Source: a virus (Duplodnaviria; Caudoviricetes). From it: a stretch of 64,000 nt of DNA. Shown one piece after another: positions 35,823 through 44,998 of this stretch (within the stretch, counting starts at the first letter, position 1; every line of letters begins with the position of its first letter). Made by a program: the position numbers and the translations under genes. The notes under the pieces are model-generated. The model was not told the DNA's origin. It worked only from the letters and a program-made list of their open reading frames with translations, and searched no databases. The stretch is from positions 12,904 to 76,903 of IMG/VR virus record IMGVR_UViG_3300042543_000618; one strand, written 5' to 3'.

Positions 35823-38237
35823 TTACGCGGCCACGGTGGCGGTATCTGGCACCGGCGCCAGGATTTGCGAGTTCAGGATAAAGTCGATCGCGGGGGCCGG
35901 GTAGATCTTGTAGGTCACGTCGATCGCGCTGCGGTTGGTTTGGTTGAGCGTCGCCGCCGTAAAGCTGGGGTCGTAACCGTAGATGATGGCCTGACTGCTA
36001 AGCCGGTCTAGGGTAAGGTTCACCGCCTCGCGGATGAGCCCCAGGGTGGTGCCATCTAACGCCTTGCCGATGAATAGGGTTTCCTCCAGGTCGCGTACCG
36101 TCTGGGCCACGTAGTCGCTCTGGTTGATAATTGAGATTTGCTCAAATACGACAGAGGAACGGGCGGTGGTAATGGCCCGGGTCACACGGAAGCCCCGGGA
36201 CTCCCGCACCAGGGTAGGGTCACGCTCGATAGTTAGAATGCCGGAGACGATCGCATCATCTAGCTCGGTACTACCGGGCTGGTACTCAAATTCAGCAGCG
36301 GTGATATTGGTTAGGAAGGTATGGGTAATCGGGTCAGAAACGCCATTGCCTTCAGCCGCTAGCATTCCCGCCACGATCGCGGTAGTGGCATAGGCAGAAG
36401 AATAGGTACGTTGGCTGCCGGTCACCAGGTCCGCCATGCGTAGCCCGGGGGAGACAAATACGACCCGTTCGCTGTTAAAGGTTTCCGCCCTGGCCCGGAT
36501 TTGTGATTGGGTCCAGCCTAGGGCATGGCCCAAGATACAGATCCGCTCCCGCCGTTGGGCGGTAGTGGACATCAACCGGCAATGGTCGGCAAAGGCGGCT
36601 TGAACGCCTGCATCGGTGACGCCAGCGGGCACTAGGTAGCGCAGGGGCGTATATTTCACCTTATCGAGGGCTTCCAGCCATCGTTGCAGGGTGGGAACAG
36701 AGTCAAAGCCATTGCTAAGGATAATGGAGCCGGAGGGCGGCAATGGGTCAATGCCACCGGCTAGGGACACACCACCGGCGGCCACTAACACCGTCGTCTG
36801 GGTGTTAACCAGGATATTAGTTTTCCAGCCATTGGCACTGATGCCCGGGGGTACGGCGGTCAGGGTGATGGTGCTGGTGTAGGTGCCTGCATTGTAGGCG
36901 GCACTGGCAACAGCGTAGGCGCTCCAGTCATTGGACTCGTTGATCAGTCGGGCCAGCTCGATACCTACCGCCTGGATGGTATCGCCAGGCAGGGTGGAGT
37001 AGAACACCGTTAGGGGGCCTTCGGCGCGATCGCTGGGGGTAAGCGACAGGCTCAGGTATTGGCCACCCCGTTGCAGGATGCCATTGGCGGGTAGCTGGGT
37101 CTCGATCGCTTCAGTGGCAGGCTGGGAGGGCGGATCTACCACCAGGGTTTGCCGGAACACTAGGGACGCACTAGCGGCGGTGCCAGCGGCAATGGTGCCA
37201 GCGTCTAGCTTTTGCACCGTGCGCACCCGGTCTAAGCCGGTGCCATCCCATTCGTAATGAACAATCTGATAGGTGCCGGCGTAGTCACCGGAGGCGATGG
37301 TAAAGGTAGAGCCAATAATACCTTTGTTGGTGGCATGCTGCCAGGTTTGGCCACTAGGCAGGGCAAAGCGGTAGATATTAGCACCATAGGCGGTGGTGGT
37401 GACCACCATGTTAGTAACCGCTTGGGTGTAAACGTTCTCCTTGCGGACAACGTTGTAGGTGCCATTGACAGTGGCGGGCAGGGCCGCTGATACCGTCACG
37501 GTGGCAGGCGTTGGGGTTAGGTTAGTCCCATCCCAGGAGAAGGCGAGCGAGTCGGTGGTATTCACCCGCAAGCTAGCCGGGTATTGGTAGAAGAATGCGG
37601 CATTGGTAATCTCACTAGCGCCGGTCAGTGTTGCCTTGCCGTCACTGGTGGAGGTAGCGATCGTTAGGGTCTGGGTTGCCTTGGTGCCGCCAGCGGTGGC
37701 CCGCACCGATACCGGTGACTCAGCATTTAAGCGCTCAAGCAACTGGGAGACAGAGGGGACATTGTCAATGGTCTGCTTATAGGCTGTCCCATTGAGTTGG
37801 GTGCCAGCAATCACCGCCTGGGTACCCTGGATGGAGCCGGGTAAAAACTGAACGCTGAAGGTATTGCCGTAGCCGCCAAAGTCCTTAAATTCACCCACTA
37901 GGGTGGTGCCATTGTTGGTGAGGGTGCCGGAGGCTTTGGCGGAATTGTCCGCCCGTACCCCTAGCACTAGGGGCGCACCGCCCTTGACGCCACCGCGAAA
38001 GGTAAGGGTGATGGCATCAGCCAAGGGTGAACCAGCACCAAATACCTGCTGGGCTTGGTTAGCATTTTTGAATGCGTAGGTGGTCAGGGGCGTGCCACCT
38101 AGGGCTGCACCTAGCACACAAACAACATTGGGGGCAAATTCCTGGGCCAACTCCAGGGCGGAGGCATCCACCTGGGTGTAGGCGCCGGGTTGCAGAATAC
38201 GGCTAACGGGCCGACCGAAAACAACACTAGAAGCCAT
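35823..38237 (-). CDS. Tail sheath protein
   Basis: QPGAYTQVDAS N-terminus; FRVTRAITT...PAIDFI C-terminus. Confidence 0.9.
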   Translation of the reverse strand: MASSVVFGRPVSRILQPGAYTQVDASALELAQEFAPNVVCVLGAALGGTPLTTYAFKNANQAQQVFGAGSPLADAITLTFRGGVKGGAPLVLGVRADNSAKASGTLTNNGTTLVGEFKDFGGYGNTFSVQFLPGSIQGTQAVIAGTQLNGTAYKQTIDNVPSVSQLLERLNAESPVSVRATAGGTKATQTLTIATSTSDGKATLTGASEITNAAFFYQYPASLRVNTTDSLAFSWDGTNLTPTPATVTVSAALPATVNGTYNVVRKENVYTQAVTNMVVTTTAYGANIYRFALPSGQTWQHATNKGIIGSTFTIASGDYAGTYQIVHYEWDGTGLDRVRTVQKLDAGTIAAGTAASASLVFRQTLVVDPPSQPATEAIETQLPANGILQRGGQYLSLSLTPSDRAEGPLTVFYSTLPGDTIQAVGIELARLINESNDWSAYAVASAAYNAGTYTSTITLTAVPPGISANGWKTNILVNTQTTVLVAAGGVSLAGGIDPLPPSGSIILSNGFDSVPTLQRWLEALDKVKYTPLRYLVPAGVTDAGVQAAFADHCRLMSTTAQRRERICILGHALGWTQSQIRARAETFNSERVVFVSPGLRMADLVTGSQRTYSSAYATTAIVAGMLAAEGNGVSDPITHTFLTNITAAEFEYQPGSTELDDAIVSGILTIERDPTLVRESRGFRVTRAITTARSSVVFEQISIINQSDYVAQTVRDLEETLFIGKALDGTTLGLIREAVNLTLDRLSSQAIIYGYDPSFTAATLNQTNRSAIDVTYKIYPAPAIDFILNSQILAPVPDTATVAA

Positions 38238-38246
38238 GGGAGTTTC

Positions 38247-38399
38247 CTATTGAACTGGAGTGAGTAATGCCCGTTGCCATAGCCGTCGCCATTCGTCTAG
38301 CGATCGCGGCTCGGTGTGGCCTGCCAGCGTTGCCAGGGCGGCGGCGCGTTGATGGTCTGACAGGTATTGATTAGCGAATAATTCAAGCGTTATCGGCAT
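38247..38399 (-). CDS. Small protein before the sheath (50 aa, not in ORF track)
   Basis: MPITLELFANQYLSDHQRAA...EWRRLWQRALLTPVQ*. Confidence 0.55.
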   Translation of the reverse strand: MPITLELFANQYLSDHQRAAALATLAGHTEPRSLDEWRRLWQRALLTPVQ

Positions 38400-39138
38400 A
38401 GAGTCTATCCGGGGAAATGATGTCGTTAAGTTGGTTCAACCCTTCGCCTGCTGCACCAGCCCAAATGCCGCCGGGGCCAAAATTCTCCCAGGCGAAAGCG
38501 TATTGCAATCGGTCTACGTCGGTCACTACCGATAGGTCGTAGGTGGCAGCAAAGGTCAGGCGGGACACGTAAAATTCAAACCCTGGCTGGCTTTGGGTGC
38601 CTTGGTATTCCACCTGGTCGTCGGCGGCATTAGTACAGTTCAGTTGGTAAAAGCCCAGTGTCCTCAATTGTGGAAGTGCCCATAGGGTGGCGTCTAGGCA
38701 ATATTGCTGGAACCAGATGTGCAGGTCATCGCGTAGACGTTCGTTAGTACAACAGATGGCCGCCTCTAGTTGGTCGTTGACCAATAGCCCTGAAAATTTA
38801 CGAACCGTCAGCCCACGCCCGGGCAGTTGTACAGACTCCTCGTGCCAGTCCAAGTCCACCCCGGTGGGTTTGTTGGTCGAGCCGAGCCGGAGGATAGCGA
38901 TGCGCGGGCAGTGCTGACGGGCGGTCGGATAGGCGCTAGTCACATCCAATGGCAACCATTGGTTAGCGCGACTATCCCCATGGTCTGCCTTGAGACGCCT
39001 GACGGCAGCCTCATTAACGTCCTTGGCAAATTGTCGGGCAATGTCCAGTAAAACGGTCTTTCCATCACAGGGGTAGGGAAACCGTTCACCAAAAAGGGCG
39101 CTTTCACCCCCAGCTAGGTTGCTATCCACTGATGGCAA
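38383..39138 (-). CDS. Tail terminator/completion-like protein
   Basis: Position between neck genes and sheath. Confidence 0.55.
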   Translation of the reverse strand: MPSVDSNLAGGESALFGERFPYPCDGKTVLLDIARQFAKDVNEAAVRRLKADHGDSRANQWLPLDVTSAYPTARQHCPRIAILRLGSTNKPTGVDLDWHEESVQLPGRGLTVRKFSGLLVNDQLEAAICCTNERLRDDLHIWFQQYCLDATLWALPQLRTLGFYQLNCTNAADDQVEYQGTQSQPGFEFYVSRLTFAATYDLSVVTDVDRLQYAFAWENFGPGGIWAGAAGEGLNQLNDIISPDRLYADNA

Positions 39139-39189
39139 TCTCGAAGACGAGGATAGCTAAAAGTGCGGCGATCGCAATAAACCACAACA

Positions 39190-39783
39190 TCAGAAGCCAT
39201 GCTCCTTTAGAACGTCTTGAACCGCCGCCGCGATCGCCTGCTGGATTTCCGGGTCCGCCCGGTTGACGGCTGACTCGAACCAGTATTTGCCAGCCATTGG
39301 CGGTAACGTCGTGGCAAAGAAATAACGGCCACTAATGCCCCTAAAGCCGTTCTCGCCATTGACAAGCTGATGATTACCGCCTGGGATCGTAAGTCGTGCT
39401 TTGGACGCATAGCCAGCCTTAGCGCTAGGGGTGTACTTAGGGCGCACCTCACCCCGGCCTGTCTCCAGGATGGCGAGGTAATTCCATTCCTCCGGGTTGT
39501 CCGCATAGCGGGTCATTGCAGAGGCATAGATGCGAGAGCGAAAAGGAGAACCGTAGGGGTACTCCGCCTGGACGCTAGCGGCACCGCGTCCGGTGCGCTT
39601 TTGGATGACATGGCCACCAGTACGGCTATTGAAGGGCACACCGCTTAGGTGTTCCTTGCCGTAGGTGGCAACCAGGTCGGAGGCATCCTGGATCGCTACC
39701 TTGGCAATCTCAGGGATAAGTTCTTTCACCTGGGTCAGCCCAAACTGGCCAGATTTCAGGTTGATGGCATAGCGGTAGGCCAT
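39190..39783 (-). CDS. Neck protein (HK97 gp10-like)
   Basis: RTGR..SV, YLAILETGRG, PPMAGKYWFESA. Confidence 0.65.
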   Translation of the reverse strand: MAYRYAINLKSGQFGLTQVKELIPEIAKVAIQDASDLVATYGKEHLSGVPFNSRTGGHVIQKRTGRGAASVQAEYPYGSPFRSRIYASAMTRYADNPEEWNYLAILETGRGEVRPKYTPSAKAGYASKARLTIPGGNHQLVNGENGFRGISGRYFFATTLPPMAGKYWFESAVNRADPEIQQAIAAAVQDVLKEHGF

Positions 39784-39989
39784 TATTTAGCCGGTGCTTC
39801 CTTAGCAGGCTTGGGAGCGGTGATTTCTTCTACCGTGAAGCGATCGCCATAGAGGGCGTTTAGCTCCTCCTGGAGGGCCACTACCTGTACACCCACCACC
39901 GGTTCCCCGATCGCCACTAGCTTAGCCACCGGCAAGTAGATAGAACCGGACTCAATTTCACCAGTGGTGTCAATAACGCGATAACCCAT
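39783..39989 (-). CDS. Small hypothetical virion-module protein
   Basis: 68 aa coupled ORF. Confidence 0.5.
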   Translation of the reverse strand: MGYRVIDTTGEIESGSIYLPVAKLVAIGEPVVGVQVVALQEELNALYGDRFTVEEITAPKPAKEAPAK

Positions 39990-40479
39990 CTTCCTTTACT
40001 CCAAACCGTTCGCGGGATAGAAAAACTTGAAAGGCGGCAACGGTATCACCCATCTGGCACGGCATCACCGGCGCGGTGGCGTAGTAGATGCCGCCTGCTA
40101 TCTGAAACCGGTCCTGACGCTTTGGGCGATCGTCGACCACCACAAATACCTCGCCCGGATCTTGCACCAGGTAAAGGCTTGCCTCACCCTGGTAGTAGAT
40201 GCCGCCCTTGTCCTGGAATGGCGTTTGTTTGGGCCTACAAAAAATGCCCTTCAGTGGGTTGTTTGGGTTGGGCCGGTAGTCGATGCCGGAGTCAAACAAC
40301 CCGCTTGTGGGCGCTAGGTAGTCAGGCTGCCCAGCCTCGTTATAGGTCGCCTGCTTAGCCTCCACCGCCTTCCAATGGTAGACAGTGGTGCCAACCATTG
40401 GACTGGATGCGATCGCGGCGATCGCCTGGCGGATAAAGATGCCTTGCGGCGTCTCTGTAAAACCGAGGCTGGGCTGCAT
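39970..40479 (-). CDS. Head-closure/stopper-like protein
   Basis: Position; PKRQDRFQIAGGIYY pattern. Confidence 0.55.
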   Translation of the reverse strand: MQPSLGFTETPQGIFIRQAIAAIASSPMVGTTVYHWKAVEAKQATYNEAGQPDYLAPTSGLFDSGIDYRPNPNNPLKGIFCRPKQTPFQDKGGIYYQGEASLYLVQDPGEVFVVVDDRPKRQDRFQIAGGIYYATAPVMPCQMGDTVAAFQVFLSRERFGVKEDGLSRY

Positions 40480-40481
40480 GG

Positions 40482-41300
40482 TTAGAACATTTCCAGGATA
40501 GCCATCACCTCGATGGCCCCACCGGCGATCGCGGTGGAGGTGTCGGTCTGGTTGTACTGGAAGGATAGGGAGGGTACATCGTACCAGGACAGGGCGTCAG
40601 CACTAGCAGCCACATCTCGAACGATGGTGCCAGCGGTTACTAAGTCAGCGTCGTCAATGGTGACTAAGCTAACGGCGCTAGCGGTGCCTTGCTTCACCTT
40701 GAAGATGAAGTCATCACCAGCGGTATTGCCAGCGGTAGCCGCGATCGCCACTCGGGCATGGGCATAGGTTAGCCGTACGTTTTTTAGCCCGATGGCAGGG
40801 ACGCTCCAGGTGAAAAAGGTAACGTCTGAACCCTTGGTGCACTTGGCCAGGTTAACGACACCCCGTACGCCAAAGCGGCAAGCGCCATAGTTGTACTGCT
40901 GGCCAATGTGCAGGATCGAGGCGGTGGCTTCATTGTCGGTAGAGAGGCTACCGATTAGCACATCGCTGACCAGGGGCGCGGCATTGTTGGTATCGCCGTA
41001 GGTGAGCCCCTTAAGGCCGAAGTAGATATTTTTGTTGCTGAGGTTCTTGGCAGCCGCGGCGGTCACCTTAGGGCCGTAGGGGCCGATTACCTTATCGCCC
41101 TCGACGATGACGCCAGAGGTGAGGGTAGGGGTCAGCCCGGTGGTAATGGCACCGCTACTGAGCGGTAAGCCTAGCTCTAGCCCGGCGCGGATGCCTTCAC
41201 CGGGTTGCAGGTATTCCAGGCTTTTGCGTAGGCTATGCTCCCAGCCTTGCTCGGGCTGAGAGATGGGGGGGAAGGGAGAGGTTTGGGGATTGAGAGGCAT
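40482..41300 (-). CDS. Virion structural protein (decoration-like)
   Basis: 272 aa beta-rich; contains LRKS near the N-terminus. Confidence 0.55.
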   Translation of the reverse strand: MPLNPQTSPFPPISQPEQGWEHSLRKSLEYLQPGEGIRAGLELGLPLSSGAITTGLTPTLTSGVIVEGDKVIGPYGPKVTAAAAKNLSNKNIYFGLKGLTYGDTNNAAPLVSDVLIGSLSTDNEATASILHIGQQYNYGACRFGVRGVVNLAKCTKGSDVTFFTWSVPAIGLKNVRLTYAHARVAIAATAGNTAGDDFIFKVKQGTASAVSLVTIDDADLVTAGTIVRDVAASADALSWYDVPSLSFQYNQTDTSTAIAGGAIEVMAILEMF

Positions 41301-41310
41301 GGTCGTTTCC

Positions 41311-42648
41311 TTACAAAATGTCTAGGTCAAGTCGAGCGTAGCTATCCAGTATTAAGTTGGCCGATAGTTGCCAGCTTGGTGAAAACTGGGTGAACAGTTG
41401 TCCAAAGTTCAAATTCACACAACCAATCGAAAGCGCTTGCATCCCCTGGGTGAGCGCTTGTTGCCAGAAAATTGCTTGCCGGACGGCGGCCATGTTGGCG
41501 ATCGCCTCAGCAATGTCGGTGGGGATCTTGTCAAACCCGGCGGTGTAGGTTAACTCCACGTTGTTTAGTCCGGGCGGTAGGGTGGCAAAGGTGCCAATGC
41601 CAATATCAGCGCCGACGGCGAACCCCCAGTCCCAATAGTCCCAAATATTTTGGTTGATGGTAATCACCCCGGTTTCCGCGTCGCCGTGGAGTAATTGGGC
41701 GCCGCTGCTGCGGATATTGAGCGGGTCAAAGTCTTTTTCGGTATAGCGCCTGAACAAAGTGCGGCTATAGCTGAGCGCATCTATCTTAAAAAACTCATCA
41801 GCAACAAAAGGACGTTCGCGTAGGTGGACCTGTCGTTGGCGATTAAGGCCATTGTACGCCTGACGGATGTATCGCCACTTGGCAAAGCGTCTGCCGGTGC
41901 GGCGTTCGCCTTCGGCGGTCGCTTCCTCCAAGCACCGCAACACATAGCGGCTATAGGCGGTCTCCACATAGGTGGTAGCAAGGTTCTCCGGTCCGTTGTA
42001 GTAAAGGGTGTTGCCCACCCTGGCCCAGCTTCGTTCGTAGCGGGTGGCTAAATCCTTGTAGTCCACCTGGGCGGCGTGTTGGTCATCCACCCATAGCCCA
42101 TACAACACTTGGTCGTCCGCTAGTTCCGCCTCCCAGTAACCTAGGGCATTTAGTTCCCAGTCCAGCCCCACCAGGGGGACGGCAATCTGAACCGATGCGC
42201 CAGGGACACTCCCTAGTACCTCTAGCACCTCCCTAGGGGCGGCATAGACTAGAGCACCGTTGACACAGTAGCTAGTTGCCGCAGGCGGCGTAGCGGTGGT
42301 GAAGGGCTCACTATGCTGAAGGGTACCATAGGCGACTACCTCCAGCGTATAGCCTTGGTCAAGTTTGATCTTGTCCCAGATACTTTGGTCTGGCACCACC
42401 CGCACCACGCCCCGCTTGGCATGGCGGATGCTAATTACCGTCGTACTACTGACAGCGATCGCATTGTTGCCATCCCGCCAGCGTACTGTCAATGCCCTAG
42501 GGACACTTACCCCCAGGACGGTAATAGTAGCCGGTGTTAGGTCGAGTTCATCGCCCGGTCCCCGGTTGGAGTTGGCCCACAACTGTATGTCAATGGGCCA
42601 ATTATCCAACCAGGGATACTCGAACGAGGTGCCATAGGTGACAGGCAT
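41311..42648 (-). CDS. Head-tail adaptor protein with N-terminal extension
   Basis: LEEATAEGERRTGRRF...NVELTYTAGFDKIPTDIAEA...LILDSY. Confidence 0.75.
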   Translation of the reverse strand: MPVTYGTSFEYPWLDNWPIDIQLWANSNRGPGDELDLTPATITVLGVSVPRALTVRWRDGNNAIAVSSTTVISIRHAKRGVVRVVPDQSIWDKIKLDQGYTLEVVAYGTLQHSEPFTTATPPAATSYCVNGALVYAAPREVLEVLGSVPGASVQIAVPLVGLDWELNALGYWEAELADDQVLYGLWVDDQHAAQVDYKDLATRYERSWARVGNTLYYNGPENLATTYVETAYSRYVLRCLEEATAEGERRTGRRFAKWRYIRQAYNGLNRQRQVHLRERPFVADEFFKIDALSYSRTLFRRYTEKDFDPLNIRSSGAQLLHGDAETGVITINQNIWDYWDWGFAVGADIGIGTFATLPPGLNNVELTYTAGFDKIPTDIAEAIANMAAVRQAIFWQQALTQGMQALSIGCVNLNFGQLFTQFSPSWQLSANLILDSYARLDLDIL

Positions 42649-43154
42649 TAGCTAAGGATGCTAAGGAGTTCCTGTGCCTTTTTCTCAACACCCTTGCTTG
42701 TATCTGCGTCGATTACCGCCTGTAGGTAGGCGCGGCGCAGTTCAACCGGCAAGGTTTCATTGAGAGCCGTATTTTCAACGATGGGCGTCGATTGGGCGAT
42801 CGTTAGTCCCTTTAACTTTTCCACTTCCACCTGGATTAACTCCAGGTCATCGGTAGATAGGACAAAGGGTTCTGCCGAGGATTCCTCGGCAACTGGTTCC
42901 GGCTCAACCGGGGCGGCGATCGCTACCGCATCCGTACTTAGGTCCACCAGCGATAGGCGGAAATGGCGTTGGATGCGCGGCTCGAAGGACTCAAGCAACG
43001 CGGCGATCGCGGCGGCGGTGTCATCGCTTACCTCGTAGGGCACATCCACCGCAAAGGTGAATGAACCCTTCTCCCCAGGCTTGCCGCCCGGCACCTGCGG
43101 AACCGGCGCGCCTAGCCCAGGGAAGCGATCGCTATGTAGGGTTAACTGTTTCAT
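42648..43154 (-). CDS. Hypothetical protein after the capsid gene
   Basis: 168 aa coupled ORF. Confidence 0.65.
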   Translation of the reverse strand: MKQLTLHSDRFPGLGAPVPQVPGGKPGEKGSFTFAVDVPYEVSDDTAAAIAALLESFEPRIQRHFRLSLVDLSTDAVAIAAPVEPEPVAEESSAEPFVLSTDDLELIQVEVEKLKGLTIAQSTPIVENTALNETLPVELRRAYLQAVIDADTSKGVEKKAQELLSILS

Positions 43155-43156
43155 GA

Positions 43157-44146
43157 CTACGGTTGAGACGGAACGTTGAGAATCTCGACAATAGCTTCAG
43201 GATACCTTACAGTAAAGGCTAATCTTTCACGAGCCCTGATACCCACTTGGTCCGTTTGGCTTAGCAGTTCCTGATATACCCTGATGTTAAATCGCTGCCA
43301 GTCGCCAATGGCAAAGGCTGATTGGTTCATTACCAGGGCTTTTCCGTAGGCGTCACCGGGTTGCGCATCCAGGAAGGTGGTAGCGATGACCGGGGCGCCA
43401 GCTAGGCGTCCGATCTCACCGGTGAAGATACCAGCGCCAGAGCCATAGGCGTAGCTGCTCATGGTTTGGAAGCTACGGTTACGCAGGAGGGCTTCCTCCC
43501 AGGCTAGGCCCACCATCACCACTACGTCGCGCTTATTGCGTCCGTAGATGCCCAGGTAGCGCATGGCGCGTACTAGGTTGCTAGTGGCGGTGCTGGAGTC
43601 CACCGAATTGGTGCTGGAGTCCAGTGTGGCGTCGTAGGTGTAGGGCGTCGCGGCGGCCTGGGCGAATAGCCCATTAAAGACATTCTTAGGGTCGCCGGGG
43701 CCATGGTCGACGGTGGTATCACCTAGCAGGAAGGCCAGTTCTTCCGCCTGGGCGAATTCCCGTGCCATTTCCTCTTTCAGCATCCCTTCAATATCTCGAA
43801 TGGTGCTGTCCTCGAATACTTCCTGGTCCACGGGTAGCCAGGTCATCAGCTTTTCGGGCACCAAGTCGATACTATCGAGCCGTGCCTTAAATTCCGGCGC
43901 CGGTTGGCCCGCTTTGACGCTGTAGGCACCCTGGGCGCGTACCAGCTTGGGGATGCGGATCTTGGGCTTGGTCATATTGATCAGGCTTTTGCTGCGGTCA
44001 GCGATCTGACGCATAAAGCATTGTTGCCGGATCAGGGGGATCACCTCGGAGGCGATCGTGGTTTGGAGGGTAACCTCGGCACCACCACCATCGCTAATGC
44101 CTAGCGATTTCAGTAGCGCCCGACGGGTCAGGGCTGCGTTCGTCAT
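43157..44146 (-). CDS. Major capsid protein (HK97 fold)
   Basis: EVFEDS..DIEGMLKEEMAREFAQAEELAFLLGD; GRLAGAPVI; IRARERLAFTVRYPEAIV. Confidence 0.92.
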   Translation of the reverse strand: MTNAALTRRALLKSLGISDGGGAEVTLQTTIASEVIPLIRQQCFMRQIADRSKSLINMTKPKIRIPKLVRAQGAYSVKAGQPAPEFKARLDSIDLVPEKLMTWLPVDQEVFEDSTIRDIEGMLKEEMAREFAQAEELAFLLGDTTVDHGPGDPKNVFNGLFAQAAATPYTYDATLDSSTNSVDSSTATSNLVRAMRYLGIYGRNKRDVVVMVGLAWEEALLRNRSFQTMSSYAYGSGAGIFTGEIGRLAGAPVIATTFLDAQPGDAYGKALVMNQSAFAIGDWQRFNIRVYQELLSQTDQVGIRARERLAFTVRYPEAIVEILNVPSQP

Positions 44147-44176
44147 GGTTTGGGGTCCTTATGTCGTAGCTAGAAA

Positions 44177-44983
44177 TTAATCGTCGTCAGCCTCATCGGC
44201 TGAAAATGGCAGTGGCTCACCCGCTTGTTGTGAATGGTATTGCAGCAAAAGGGCATCACCGAAGGAGACGGGGCGGTCCAGGTCATCGCCGTCCCAGCCA
44301 AGGCTGGCAGCACTCTTTACTAGGTCCTCATCGCTGACGATCGCACCAGCGACGCCCTTACGACTGCCATAACGCTGGCCCTTGGCTGCCTTGCGCATCT
44401 GGCGTAGGTCGGGGATAGCGTCCGGGTCTTCGTTGTCCTCCGGGTCACGGGCGGCGATCGCTTGTTGGATGCCGGATTCAATCGCGCTCTTGATCAAGTT
44501 CTCTAGCGGGATTTCGTCCGGCGCTTGGTCCTGGGCGCGTTGGCTGATGCCTGCTGCTTTCTCTAATTGGTTGACGCGATCTACTAGGGGGCCTTCGTAC
44601 TCGGTGCCAAGGATAGTTTCTTCGAGGGCAGCGACGGCATCAAGCAAAGAACCACCCCGGGCGCTTTTCTTAAGGCCAGTGTGGTTCTCTAGCTGACTGA
44701 CGCGATCGTGCAGGGAGGAGCCACCCATGCCGCTGTCGTCCATGTCATCCTCGTCATCGGCGTCCATGGCTTCAGGGGCATCCATGTCCTCGTCATCCTC
44801 TTCCATCATGTCCTCGTCGTCGGGGTCCATAGCGGGAGGGGCACCGGCGGCCATGGGTGGGGCACCATTGGCGGCGGGGGCACCAGCGGTCGGGGGCGCA
44901 CCGGCACCCGCCTGGGCAGATTGCAGAATTTGTAAGCCTTGTTGGAATACTCCCATCAAGGCTTGTAGGGTTTGTGGGTCCAT
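44177..44983 (-). CDS. Scaffolding protein
   Basis: Acidic, low complexity, between protease and capsid; five L/M-x-K-[AS] sites. Confidence 0.65.
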   Translation of the reverse strand: MDPQTLQALMGVFQQGLQILQSAQAGAGAPPTAGAPAANGAPPMAAGAPPAMDPDDEDMMEEDDEDMDAPEAMDADDEDDMDDSGMGGSSLHDRVSQLENHTGLKKSARGGSLLDAVAALEETILGTEYEGPLVDRVNQLEKAAGISQRAQDQAPDEIPLENLIKSAIESGIQQAIAARDPEDNEDPDAIPDLRQMRKAAKGQRYGSRKGVAGAIVSDEDLVKSAASLGWDGDDLDRPVSFGDALLLQYHSQQAGEPLPFSADEADDD

Positions 44984-44998
44984 TTTCTAGTTACCTAG

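Noticed and set aside
14398-44146. Stand-alone contractile injection system or tailocin
   Set aside because: Capsid, protease, terminase and integrase are present, so this is a phage
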